A DNA stretch of 64,000 nucleotides, taken from assembly GCA_002269645.1 (NCBI GenBank), contig NIVC01000317.1, forward strand, positions 310,001-374,000, given 5' to 3'. A program made the position numbers and the translations under genes. The first letter of the stretch is position 1, and every line of letters begins with the position of its first letter. Origin of the DNA: Macrostomum lignano. Taxonomy: Eukaryota. Shown here piece after piece: positions 1 through 11,660 of this stretch. The notes under the pieces are model-generated. The model saw nothing but the letters and a program-made list of their open reading frames with translations. It was not told the DNA's origin and ran no database searches.

Positions 1-164
1 GCGCCAACTAAAATGTACATGGCCGCTGCTGGAATGCTAAGAAAGGCAATAAAAATGTGGGGCGGGGAGAAGGGTAGTGTGGAAATGCGCGGTTGGAAGT
101 TTAAGTGGGGGGGGGAAGAGTCAATAAATGAGCATTGCTTTAAAAAATACATAAAAATGCTTCC

Positions 165-245
165 GTTTAACTTGCTACCGAACTGAAAGTAGCATGCAAG
201 CAAATATGCTGAGTGGCCCATCTAGTTATTCTAGTATCTGTGATC
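165..245. repeat. Right terminal inverted repeat of a DNA element related to the TIR element at 11661-13536 (element extends left out of window)
   Basis: gagtggcccatctagttattctagtatctgtg closely matches gagtggcctatctagtttttatagtatctgtg at 13497-13528; inner similarity continues for about 40 bp. Confidence 0.55.
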
Positions 246-539
246 ACACATGAATAAGGACTAAGAATAAGGTAGCGCATCCTGTGAAAAAACTACGCTT
301 CACCGAGTTTCTGGAGCCGGTCTACATAAAATTGTATAATCAGCCTCTAATAAAATTTGAATGTTTTGTGAGTGTCGCGTCCTTTTACTTAAGTAGTCCC
401 TGGACGAAGGCTATACACACTGCTGGCCTGATCGCCTGCATCAGCCTTGGATGAAGTCGCCAATTGTCAACGAGGTAGCGGCTGAGGATTCTCGCGTGAT
501 GTATGAGGCTTTGAGATTGTACGGATGGTCGCAGCGGTG

Positions 540-992
540 TAGAGGTGGTTAAACTGACAGCAGAGTGCTAGGAAGCAATCATTCTGCTTCACTGCCAGCT
601 GTGGACTTTTGCCTCCTACTTCCATCGCATTAGGAACCAGTTTCGCACAATTAAGCTTCTCAAGTTGACGCTGCAGCCTGGCCACATTAGACTGCACGTC
701 AACTTTTCGGATAATTACGCCGCGAAATACAGCAGTAGTGCAGTCAGTGAACTTTGGCGATCAGGACAGTATCGTCCTGCATCAGGAAATTGGCTACGTC
801 AACGGTTGGAAGCCGACTGCCTTTATTACTGTTTCAGACGCCTTGACGTCTGAGGCTAAGACTGCCGATGCAATTGCCGCACGTCTCAAGCCTGTACTAG
901 TTTTTTTCTGGTCGAGTGCGAGAATCAGGGTTTCCGCGTTCGCCGACTGTCAATGCTTAGCGACTCGCCATCCAGTCAATATCGCAGCATGA
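540..992 (+). pseudogene. Degenerate ORF of an invertebrate transposon-associated family (DF(S/A)ENY-type); superfamily not assigned
   Basis: Frameshifted translation FASYFHRIRNQFRTIKLLKLTLQPGHIRLHVNFSDNY..VQSVNFG..IVLHQEIGY..AFITVSD fits the F-x2-H..NQ / DFSENY / QSxHF / ISD motif order. Confidence 0.45.
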
Positions 993-1334
993 ATATGATA
1001 TATATCTTCCACCGTCTACTGTTGTACTTTGACATCACTGAGTGACAGTGGTTGTACACCGGGGCTAGTCATGGCAAATGAGCTGCCAATGGTGTCGGGC
1101 GGCTGTCAAGCGCCACTGTGACCGTATTGTCGTCAGCCGAGGCTAGGTCATCACGCCACAGGACGTCCTATTGACTATACTCGTACGATCGGCTGACAAT
1201 CCTATGTTATCTTGGTTGTATGAGGAGTGGGATGTTCAGGAGTTCTGCAACATACTTGAGATGCTGAAGTTTTCCGATATAGGGGGACATCTCCAAGATG
1301 CATAACGTATGGCGGACCGAAAAATGGGGACGCT

Positions 1335-1470
1335 GAAATTCGCGCGACTGGATTTCGCGCTACTTGTTTTCTGCGCGACAGGATTTTTCGTGAATCGGAT
1401 TTCGCGCGACCTGGAATGGAAGCGACTGTACTTCGCGCGACCGGATTTCGCGCGACTTAAGCGACTGAAT
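1335..1470 (+). repeat. Cluster of ttcgcgcgac(t/c)gga-like short repeats, probably transposon subterminal repeats
   Basis: About 7 imperfect cgcgcgac units in 135 bp. Confidence 0.5.
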
Positions 1471-1936
1471 TTGAGTTGAGAGACTTTGTGTATTTTATTT
1501 AGGAGATTTTTGAAGGCAGTAAGTTTGTCTCTGAGTTTAAATCATTTTTTTAGTCTCAAGTCATTTTAAATCCTATTTCGTGTTTCCGATATTCAGTGTT
1601 TGAGTTAGATACAAGACCAGAAAATATTTGAAAAAACACACAAAGCGTGTGTTTTACAAGTAAAACTGTTGGATTATGTTCAGTTACAATAAAGCCATTT
1701 GTTTTTCTTAAATAAGGATTTTTTTTATTTCTATTTTATTTCTAAATTTCTAAATTTCTAAATTTTATTTCTTTGTTTATCAAATCTGACATATAGTAAG
1801 CTTCCAAAGCAATGAAAACCGAAGGTCTGCAAGGGTATCAAGACATTCGGATCGTCTCATTGATCTAGAGGTCACTACTTACCGAGGCAAATATTTATTA
1901 TTTTATGTAAGGAAAACCAAGAGTTACCTTAACTTC

Positions 1937-2286
1937 GGGGGGGGGGGGCAGCTGCTCTGGTGTGCCAGCGACCCAGGCTCGATTCCAAAAGCAGTCACAT
2001 TAATTTGGGGCTGAATTGGAATCTCGGCTTGGCTCTGCTCGTGCAATTAATGGCCTTGAGAGCCACCCCCCCCAAGGCGCAGTGAAGTGTACATGCCTAA
2101 CGATAATATAAAGTTAGGGCCGCTGTACACTCCTGCGTGAGTGTGTGCCTGCGTACGTATCCGCGCGCTTGTATGCCTGCTCAGGGGAGTCGGCGGAATG
2201 GGCAGTAATGCCTCTCGCCGGTTGTGTGTTGATGTCGCTTAAAGTGCGCCAGGGTGCACACAACCCCCTGCCTCTAATAAAAAAAA
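1937..2286 (+). mobile_element. SINE-like retroposon insertion with 12-bp TSD and poly(A) tail
   Basis: taccttaacttc at 1925-1936 and 2287-2298; B-box-like ggctcgattcc near the 5' end; ends ctctaataaaaaaaa. Confidence 0.75.
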
Positions 2287-2635
2287 TACCTTAACTTCAC
2301 CAGGAGCAGTTCTGTACTTGCAGAAATTAGTATGACAACCTGCTTTGCCTTTGTAAGTGTGATCTTAATAATGAATAAGCAACTGACACTGTAGAGTTGT
2401 ATTAGGCAGTGGCCATGCTGTTAGTGGCTTAAACTGGCCTTACTTTGTGCTCACTGAATGCACTTCACACTAAAACATAAACAAAATATCTATAATGCGT
2501 GGAGCAGCGCGGATGCTGAAACGCAGGAACTAACCTTACCTTAAACATCAAATTAACACTTGTTTAAATATGAAAATTGCTTTAGCGTTACTTATTTTTA
2601 TTTGAAACTAGGCGATGAGATCTATTAAAGCCTAT

Positions 2636-3290
2636 GCTGGTAGAGTCGCTCGCTTGGCGAGAAGAATAAATAGAAAGCTTAATATCAACATTTGAATATG
2701 ATTGCAATTTCTAACAACTTCAACGCGTTTCGCACACCATGGTGAATCGTCAGGATTTTATTAGAACGATTTGAGAAAGTGAGATTGAAAACGATTGATT
2801 AAATATTGGTTTTTGCAACGTACACAGGTAAGGAGGGTAAGATTGAAAACAATTGATAACAACTTGGCTTTAACAACATACATAGGTAGGTAGGAGAGAA
2901 AATTATAGATTGAGATTGAAAATTAAACCAAATGTACACAATTCTTGTCCAGTGGTCAAAATGCAGAATCAGGGGCGGTAGCTTAAGTAATTGAACGTCA
3001 AGCTAAGTGTACACAGCGTACACGACTGTGTCACTCACTGTTCAGAAAACGCGGAGAACATGACCTGCACCACTATGTTGTAATTGGGTGTTGAGATTCG
3101 GGGTCTGAGCTTTAATGTGCAGGGCCTCGAGAATTCTAAGTTTGGCGTCAGTATGGCTATGGTCAATGATTTTAAAGTGTTCTTCTGGTTTGCAGTCATT
3201 GCAGTTAGTGCATTCAAGGAGGTGAGTTTGTATAGCAGATGGTTTGAGCCAGTGTTCCCTGATCCTCGTGTGTATATTAGGACCGTGTGT
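2636..3290 (-). mobile_element. Penelope-like element 3' fragment (GIY-YIG C-terminus + 3' region/pLTR)
   Basis: Minus-strand HTRIREHWLKPSAIQTHLLECTNCNDCKPEEHFKIID..LRILEALHIKAQTPNLNTQL..LRVF* (stop 3044-3042) is homologous to the C-terminus of ORF 38147-38608. Confidence 0.85.
2718..2756 (-). ncRNA. Degenerate type I hammerhead ribozyme motif of the Penelope fragment
   Basis: Minus strand CTGACGA-t-tcaccatggtgtgc-GAAA-cgcg-TT; core boxes intact, stems I and II imperfect. Confidence 0.55.
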
Positions 3291-3399
3291 GTTAATTAAG
3301 ACTAATTATTTTGCTAGCGACTAGAACGAGTTGAGACTTAAGAGTCTTAGACAATCTAGGTGAAAATAAAAGACTAAGCATTTAATAAAGCATATCAGA

Positions 3400-3900
3400 C
3401 CGTCCTCAGACTGCCCGACACTAGCCTCACCAAGAAGTGTGCGCTAGGATGGGATGAAAAGCTAGAGCAAATCGGGAAAAGCAAAGATAAACAACGCGCG
3501 ATCACTAATCACTGGAAGCTGATGGTAAAGAAAGCAGGAGTCGACCCTATCGATATAGAGCGCATAGTTTAGAATTGAGAACCCTGGAAGGACACGATAG
3601 ACCGCCAAGTTAGAAAACTAAGACTGAGAGAGAGAAATCCAAGAGAACCGCAGGGAACGACAAAGAGCCAAGCACAGGGACAGCAGAGACGCCTACATCG
3701 AGGACGCGAGCGGACAGGCTCACAGGCTATAAATGCAGATTCGACGGCTGCAACAATATATGCGCGTCGAAAGGTGGACTAGCCATTCTACCAAAATTGC
3801 ATGCACAGGAGGATAGACTGTCAAACTGCCGTGCACGAACTGCCAGCAAATCTTCAGCACCGAGGCGACACGGAAGAACCACAAGAAGTGGTGCCGCGGG
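3400..3900 (+). pseudogene. Probable LINE ORF2 C-terminal remnant with zinc fingers
   Basis: NHWKLMVKKAGVDPIDIERIV..WKDTIDRQVRKL followed by YKCRFDGCNNICASKGGLAI and CTNCQQIFSTEATRKNHKKWC in shifted frames. Confidence 0.4.
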
Positions 3901-6094
3901 GCGAAAAAGATCGGCGGTAAGAGGAAGATGCCACCAATACGACAACTGGTACAGCGTGCCACGCCCCGATACAGCCACAGACCACCGACCAGCGCGCATC
4001 GATCGCCCGCATCTACAAGGGCGTCAGGAAGGCCTGGCCATCGTGCAGGCGACTCCTGGCAGTAACAAATATGGCGCGCCACCGGCAATTCCTTGGAAAG
4101 AAAGGTGGAGGCCGCGAGTAAGTGTGTCCGGTAAAACCACGCATCAGGCGACAAAAGGTTTTATGATGATGATGAAAAGTGAAGGCTCCCTTTCGTGCAC
4201 TGGAGCTTACTTAGTGCGACCAAAAGAGTTTACAGAAGATCACTTCAAAGCTGAAAACAGGAAAGAGAAAAGCGAAATGCATCTGACGAAGAGTAGCAAA
4301 TCGGAAAGACGGCACTGGTGCGACTGAAGAACAGTGCAGTTCTGATTCTATATCAGCAGCGACTAACTCAGAGAAATCGCAATTAATTTGTCCGAAGTGT
4401 GACTCTCCTTAAAAAATCCCTTAAGCCATTTAAAGCACTGGCATGAAATGAGCTTAGAAGAGACAAAGATCATTCGAGCAATCAAGACAGCGAATCTATC
4501 AGCGTATAGAAGTCAAAGTCTAGCACCTCCCAATATACGCCAGATGAGGAAGAAAGCAATTCAGTTCTGTCGTTATAAGTTTACTGGTCCGACCGGGCGT
4601 AGCTTGGTTGGGTGTTAAACCATTGGGGCGTGGCTCTTGTGCGTTGGTGCGGGGGGTGGTGGGCCGGGCCTTGGTCACGTGCCCGCGGCCTGGGTGGCGT
4701 TTATTTAATACGGTGCGGGCTGTCGCTGACCCGCCAAGCGCGTATTGATTTCCGGTTTCCGGTGGAAGGCTTGCCCAGTCCACGCGGACACAATCACGCA
4801 GGGCCATTTTTAAAAATGTCTTTTGCCGGAGTTTCTTGTCCGATCGATATTATACACGCGAAGTACTGTTCCAGGATTATTGAGTTTTTAACTAGTAAGT
4901 CTCAATCTTGCTCCGATGAAAAGAAGACGTATTGAAGGTCTAAAACGTTTTGGAGTATACCTGAAGAGCTCGTTTTCTAATTTCGTTTCAAAGGCTCAGT
5001 TGGCAAAGATCTTTTCTTTTAATCTACAAGGGTTACGGAAAGGCCCGACTACAGGACACGAAACTTACCGAGACATGACGATATGTGTTTGACAAAAATA
5101 GACTGCTTTTAACGAGCTCTTAACTGTCGTTTATGTTGTCGACTTCTTTGCAGCCGCCGAATCTAAGCCTTCAGTACAGGATCCCAAGAAAAAAATATAT
5201 TTACTGACTTGGTTTTTTGGCGAAGGCAACTTTCACTGCGCCGATGCAATCATCGATATAAGTAAATCGACGGATTCCGTGTACGGAAATAATCATGTTT
5301 TAAACGGAGCGGTTGCACTTGATTACTTTTCGATTATGGTAAGTTTCAGAGCATTAAAGTGAATTTTAACGTACTTTTGTAAATCTCGAAAAAGGTTTTC
5401 TGTCCTAAATAATTTGAAAACAGTTAACGTCCGTACTTATCGTCATGTTGTATGACTAAAGGTGGTGAATTTCTGAGCGAACGAGACCATAATCTTGTGC
5501 AGAAGCGAATGTTGCACTCAAAAGCAACCGCTAAGCTAAGCTAAGCTAAGCAAAGCAAGAAAGCGACAAAAATTGGACTTAGGATAGGCGATAACAACCA
5601 AGGGCATAATTAGGCACTCCAATTTATGAGCTTACACGCTCGTATAAGATGATATAATAGTCACTTATCATCCCCTTCCTTGTTCTACCCCTTACCCAAG
5701 TCCATTTTTTGTCACTATTTTGCCAAACAGCTTCTTGGTGTTACTGTGAGAATGACGTTTCATTTGTGTACGTAGGTCACTCAGACTCCACTTTATCTTA
5801 AGTTGACAGGCCCATTTGTCAGATTTATTTCTGTAACTCTAAAATCAATACATGAATGGATATTGCAGAGATTAGATCGTGAAATTTGCGGTTGCTTCGA
5901 GAAGTCCCCCATCGTGACAACTCATATATGTACTGAGCTTTAAGAGTGTAATAGATCCATCTTTGGAAAGTTCCCGCTTGGTAATACATGCTGCCAATTT
6001 TTTATTTTCAATCCCAATTTGACATATGCTTCAAAGCACTTTCAGTCAGCGGTGTCCGTACTAATTTGATAACACGCAAGGAGTAGCTAAGAAC

Positions 6095-6530
6095 CAAGAC
6101 ATTGTTATGTATCTACGTACGAGGCGGTGCAGTGGGAGACATCAACGAAGTCCATCGCTCTTATGACCCATTAGAATAGGTCCTCTTTCATCCATGCGGA
6201 GATGACTGGAGATTTGGATTAAAACTAACTAATGGAAATAGGTGAACAGCAAAAGCAATGTATTTATGTGTTGATGGTCAGACCAAGTGTCTTTCAACGG
6301 TTTGTATTATGGTAGGTGATTGTTACAACAGTACATGGAAGATCAAACTACAAAGATTGAAAGAGATGGTCCAAATTATCTGATTGAATGGCGACGCAAC
6401 AAAAGTAGGTTTATTCTACCATCGACGTTTTTCGGCAGTCCATGCTACTGACGGAGCGAAAGCAGGATGCCATGGCATATTTTAAAACTTTAGAGACCGG
6501 ATTTATTTACAACAATGATTGTAAATTCTT
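6095..6530 (+). pseudogene. Helitron Rep domain remnant
   Basis: INEVHRSYDPLE*VLFHPCGDDWRFGL; GR*LLQQYMEDQTTKIERD; RFILPSTFFGSP..QDAMAYF..RPDLFTTM match the Helitron Rep motif series. Confidence 0.8.
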
Positions 6531-8399
6531 TTTAGAGCGAGATTAAAGACTAACTGGTTAATGGACAGAAAGCTGCCGACAGGCCTGACATTGTAATGCG
6601 AGTTTTTATTTTTAAAAGTAATCAGCTGCTCAAACGGCTTAAAATACGGGGTTGTTCACAGAGTTCCTCTATAGGCAGAAGCACGTTTGTGTTCAGTTTT
6701 ATTTTTTCATGGCTGATTTAACGGTTCGGCCAAAATCTAGGCTATCCATCAATTTGATGGGTTATTTTGTTGACCTTAGTGTTGATCCTGGTGAAAGCAT
6801 ACGCATTTCAGAAAATGGTCAAGTACGAGTTTTTCGATATGATGAAGCGAGTATCTATGATGTGCTACACAACTCCAGCACGCAGAAGTGGCATTGCAGC
6901 GGGAGTACATACTTTTTGAGTTCGCAAGAAGGCTGCCATTTTGGAATTCGTCAGATTTCCAGAATCCAACATTATTGATTCAATGATTAGTTGCCAAATG
7001 CATTTTTGAGGGTCAGTGCAAAATAATTTTCTAACACTTCATGCTTCCTTCAGACCAGTTTGTTTGTCCAAGTAGAGGCCATAATGGAGTCCTGCACGGC
7101 CCCCAAGGATTTTTTCCTGGAACCACCTTTATCTAAACTGACCTTCTGGAAAAGAAAACATAATAGAAATTTCATTCTATTCCTCGAAGTGCCCATCATC
7201 TGCCGCTTAACGTCAAATGTTCAATTGGGTCTATTTGTCACGTCACTGGGTGGTATAAATAAAAATGTCAAAAGTTCTCTCAAGTTTCTTATTCATACGA
7301 CTCACTATCATTTCTCTACGGTGTGCTATTTCATTACAGCTCATCAAAGCAAGACATGGTTCTTCTTCGGCACAAGATTCCAACCGTTCTTCCAGCTCTT
7401 TTCGGGGCGAGAAGTCGCACTCTTAACTTTCATTTTTGGCGCACTACCCATGATCGTATCAACAATATAGACCCATACATGCAGCTTCAACGTTTGGTTT
7501 CAAAAGCGCAATCGGTCGTTATAGAAATTCTTATCTGTGGAACTCGATCCAACGAGCATTGATGGCATCGCTGTTTGAAAAGTACAGTCAAAGTGCAAGT
7601 GCAAGTGCAAGTCGGTCCCTGAGAGGGCACACTAGCATAAGACAGCGTACTGGTGGTCTGAGGTGCAGAGCAGGGATTTTTTATATCATTTGGTGCATAA
7701 AAACGTCTGGATCAGAGAATCAAAATAGTTTCTGTAGTTCACATGTAGCCCATTTATTTCCATACATTGATAGTACAAAGGTTCTGTTAAGTTTAGGCTA
7801 ATTTGTCACGCATGATTCGCTGAAATCACACGTAAATTGTCTCATTTATGCGTTTGCCTGCTGGAATTTAAGTAAGGAACCTTTGTAGGAAATTTTCCTT
7901 AGGGACACCTGTCTACAACCTGATTCCTCGTGTATTCCATGAGAACCCTAAACCTGGTGCTACACTTTAGACTATCCGGGATTTTCTTCTGGTCCGGATA
8001 TCTGAACGATATCCGCCCGGATACTGCCAAGCAAAAAATTTGCTTTGTTTTTACTCAGATATCTTGAGCTGCTTTGCAATGTCCAGGCACCTTGAGGTGT
8101 CTCTTTCAGACATCTACGACACTGACTCTGCTATCCGGCCCGTAGATCACATAAGAAGGGGAAGTTGTCTCAGGACATCCGACTGTAGGTTTAAACGGAG
8201 GGTCTGTATGTGGAGACAGAGGTTTGCTTTAGGACATCGGGCTAATGATGTCTGGGGTTAGAAATAGCAAAATTTCTAGGTCAGTTGTCGCAAAGTAGAA
8301 AATAACCTTTTTTTACGTTTTAATTAGCAAACATCTGCGCCATGCTTATTTAACTGTGTATATTTTAATCACAATTTTGCGTTTAAAACACTCCAAAAC

Positions 8400-9560
8400 G
8401 AACAAAAATTAAAGCTACTATTGCAAACAAAAAGCAGTTTGCTACTCTATTCCCCAATCTAATTCGATCAATCAAAACAGGCAATACGCTGAATGAAGCG
8501 TGATGAGCCCTCTTGAGATGCTCTCCGTTTACAAATTTTGGGAAACCAGCCAACTGATGAGTATTTCTTCCGAGACATTTGATGATGCGGTAGACGCAAC
8601 GTCTTCTGCAGCTTTCCACCCTTCCCGTTGTCTCGGTGCATCTTACGAAGTCTCATATGATCTCGAACCTTGAATTCCGCTCGATTTCGCTGCTGGCTGT
8701 TTTATTCTCTGCGCGATGAACTTTCGGGATGCAGCTCACTGTGCGTTCTTCTCGATCATCTAAAGCTAATTTACAGGTTCTAAATTAGCCTTCAAGGCGG
8801 TAGGCAGCAGCGCCGCTGCCTCGTTGCCTAAAAAAGGTTCCAAACCAAACGCGGCTTGGAATGGTGAAAATCCAGTGACTGAATTTCGTCGGCTATTGTG
8901 GGCCAGTTGAATTTCATTGAGCCTGGTTTCTCAGGCAGTTGAATTCACAGATGAGCTAAACTATCTTAAAAGACTGATGCAGGTCTGGTTCAAGCACTCG
9001 GTCTGTCCGTTCGTTTCTGGATGATATTCGCTTGTTACTTGTCTATCAGTTCCTCTAGATTCTAGAAGGACGTCAATAATTGAGTTGCAGAACTCCCGTC
9101 CCTGATGGCTGAGGATGATGCACGGCCAACTAAACAGTGAAAAGGTTTTTCACTTTTTGCGATGGACGCAGCTTGGATTTTAGACAGAGCCCGGAATACA
9201 GCAAACTTCGTAAATTTACAGCACATTCTCAGAAGGTACTGCGATCCTGAATCAGTGGTCTTTGGCATCGAGATGCACTCGACACAGAGAAATTCAAAAA
9301 GCCTACTCGCATTGTCCGGTATTTCAATCGGATGAATTTCGCTTTGCTTGGTTGAAATGTTTTGTTGACAACTTCGCAATTGGCGCAAGCTTCGACAACG
9401 GATTTGGCAATCGGCGACACAGGAAAGTCAGCAAAGTACTGCGACGTAAAGAGACTCAATGTGCTTTTTATCCCGACGTAACTTCCCTGAATGTGCGCAA
9501 CTTGCATCTTGCTTTTGACTTTGAAATTAAGCCTCCAGTGAACGGAAGCCTAACACCATG
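8400..9560 (-). pseudogene. pol: Gypsy integrase fragment
   Basis: FEFLCVECISMPKTTDSGSQYLLRMCCKFTKFAVF; VTSEYHPETNGQTE; AHNSRRNSVTGFSPFQAAFG; YRIIKCLG; many stops and frameshifts. Confidence 0.85.
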
Positions 9561-9842
9561 GATGTAAAGTATTACACGCGATAATAAATCGTTCTATGGA
9601 AAAGAAAGTAGGAGGATACGTTTTATATACGTTATTTACGTTTTTTTAGAATAGCGTCCGAGGGCTTCAACCATGGAACGATTTTTTTATCGCGTATGAT
9701 AAAATTTAACCCCAAGTAAACTGATACATTTTTCATTGAGGGTTTTAACCACGGACAAAATGTCAGCGATGAGAGCTATCCGACTTGGTAAAACCTGCAG
9801 ACAGTCCAGACCAGATCGGAGTGGTTACCAGCAGAGTAAACA

Positions 9843-11270
9843 TGGAAATTTTTTGAAGATATCTCAAATTTTGGCTGTATTGACGACTTTTTCAACGAAA
9901 TTTCATCGTCTAGCGTCATATATTCACAGTCCAACACCATTTCTGCGTCCATATCAAGTGCATCAAGTGGTTGCTCTGCCAAGGTTGCTCTTCTGACGAT
10001 ATTGAGAAAAAGATTTAATCCGCCATTCATGATGGCACTAGGCGCAAGGAACAATTGGCTCTAGCTGTGTTCAACGAATGGAGAACTGCTCCTCGGGACA
10101 GCATACTTCGAGGTGAGACTGGTCAACCTGTTGGTGCTTTGTGAATTTGAGGAATGGGCACCCGGTGATTGGAACTTTTCGATGAAAAGGTTCCTCCTTA
10201 AAGTACGTAAGAAGGATGGATGCAAGTACAATGCGAGCTTTCTGAAGGATATTTTCGCTATACTTCAGCACCATGTCACTTTTGCTCTTAAAAAAGAGTA
10301 CTCGTTCTGGAAGGACTCACAATTTACCGATGCGAGGATGTCGCTAGACGCAGCAATGAAAGAGAGTGTTCGAGAAGGACACATTTCGGGAATGTATGCT
10401 AGCGAGCCTATTCCAGTTGCGTTGGAGAGGGATATGTGGCAGCAAGGACTGTTAGGCCCTGATAATCCGAAGACCTTTTGTATACCTTGGTTTTCTACAT
10501 AGGAAAATGCTTCACGCTTCGAGGCGGTACTGAGTTGCACGACTTGCAATTCAATAGAGATAGTGACACCACTGGCGAATGTCTTGTTTACAAGGAACAG
10601 AAGGGCACGAAGACCAACAATCGTGGACTGAGAACCAGGCGTAGTATGCCTCCTCGTGTGCTAAGGATCTATCATACTCATGCGCATGAGCGCTGTGTCG
10701 TGCGTTTGTACATTGCGTATGTGGCTAAGCGTCCTGCTAATTGTAAAGACGCTAATTTGTTTCTATCGTGTTATCGTGGCGGTGATTGCATTTAAGCTGG
10801 AAAATGGTACCAGAATGCAGCAGTCGGACGTCATACACTGGACGGCATCGTCAAGGAATTGACTCAAGGAGCTGGCAAACGGTACACGAACCAGTCACTA
10901 CGGAAAACCTCTGCAAATACGCTACACCGAGCCGGCTTTCAACGAGCTGATATTGCTCGCGTGACTGACCACTTAAGTTTAGCTGTGGAAAATTATATAC
11001 ATCTAGATCGTGACGACCAGCAGCGCATCTCCGAAGCGTTGTAAATTATGCCAGTTGAATGTGCGAATGCTGGCTTGTCACTGGTTCCAGCTGTCCAAAC
11101 CGTTCCAGCATTCTGTTTCTGAGGCTGCTCCTGCCACTACGACTAAAAGTACAACTAGTACTTACCACTACTACTACTAATTCTGAGGTGGCTCCTGCTG
11201 CAGCAAAGAAGATGAAAGTTGAGATTGACGGACAGCTGACTGGTACTTGAACGTTCATTTTTAAAGTTAT
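9843..11270 (+). mobile_element. Crypton-type tyrosine recombinase (DUF3504-like) pseudogene
   Basis: LAVFNEW; RFLLKVRKKDGCKY; LLGPDNP; FTLRGGTE; TKTNNRGL; YTNQSLRKTS; IARVTDH..VENY; split by frameshifts and a stop. Confidence 0.85.
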
Positions 11271-11660
11271 CACTTTTCGTCACTTTTATTCTTTAAAAGT
11301 TACTTTAAAATGATAGAAATTGCTATTCATGATGGTTTCGTTTTCAAATATGCATTTCGTTTCAATGAACTGCGGTAGAGACAGTGGCAGAAAGGACAGT
11401 CGGAGAGGCCGAAGTGCTTCGGCGCTTCTGACGCTGCTTCTCTCTTTCCACAGCGTGCCGCAGCATGTTGATCACTTCAAGCTCGAATGCCTGTTTTTGC
11501 TGTAGAGGGTTGCTCGTGTCCTTAGGATCATAGAGGTAGGTGACCGCATCTGAAATTTTGGATTCAAGTTGTAGAACAGTGTAAATTTAAATATCACTTA
11601 TTGATTTAAATGCGCTGGAAATTCTACTGTTACTGGGTAGTAGGCTTTGTTCGCTGTTTA

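Noticed and set aside
2498-2530. Hairpin containing ctgaaac, hammerhead-like
   Set aside because: Lacks the CUGANGA core on both strands
6652-7470. ORFs of 108 and 136 aa
   Set aside because: No recognisable domain on either strand
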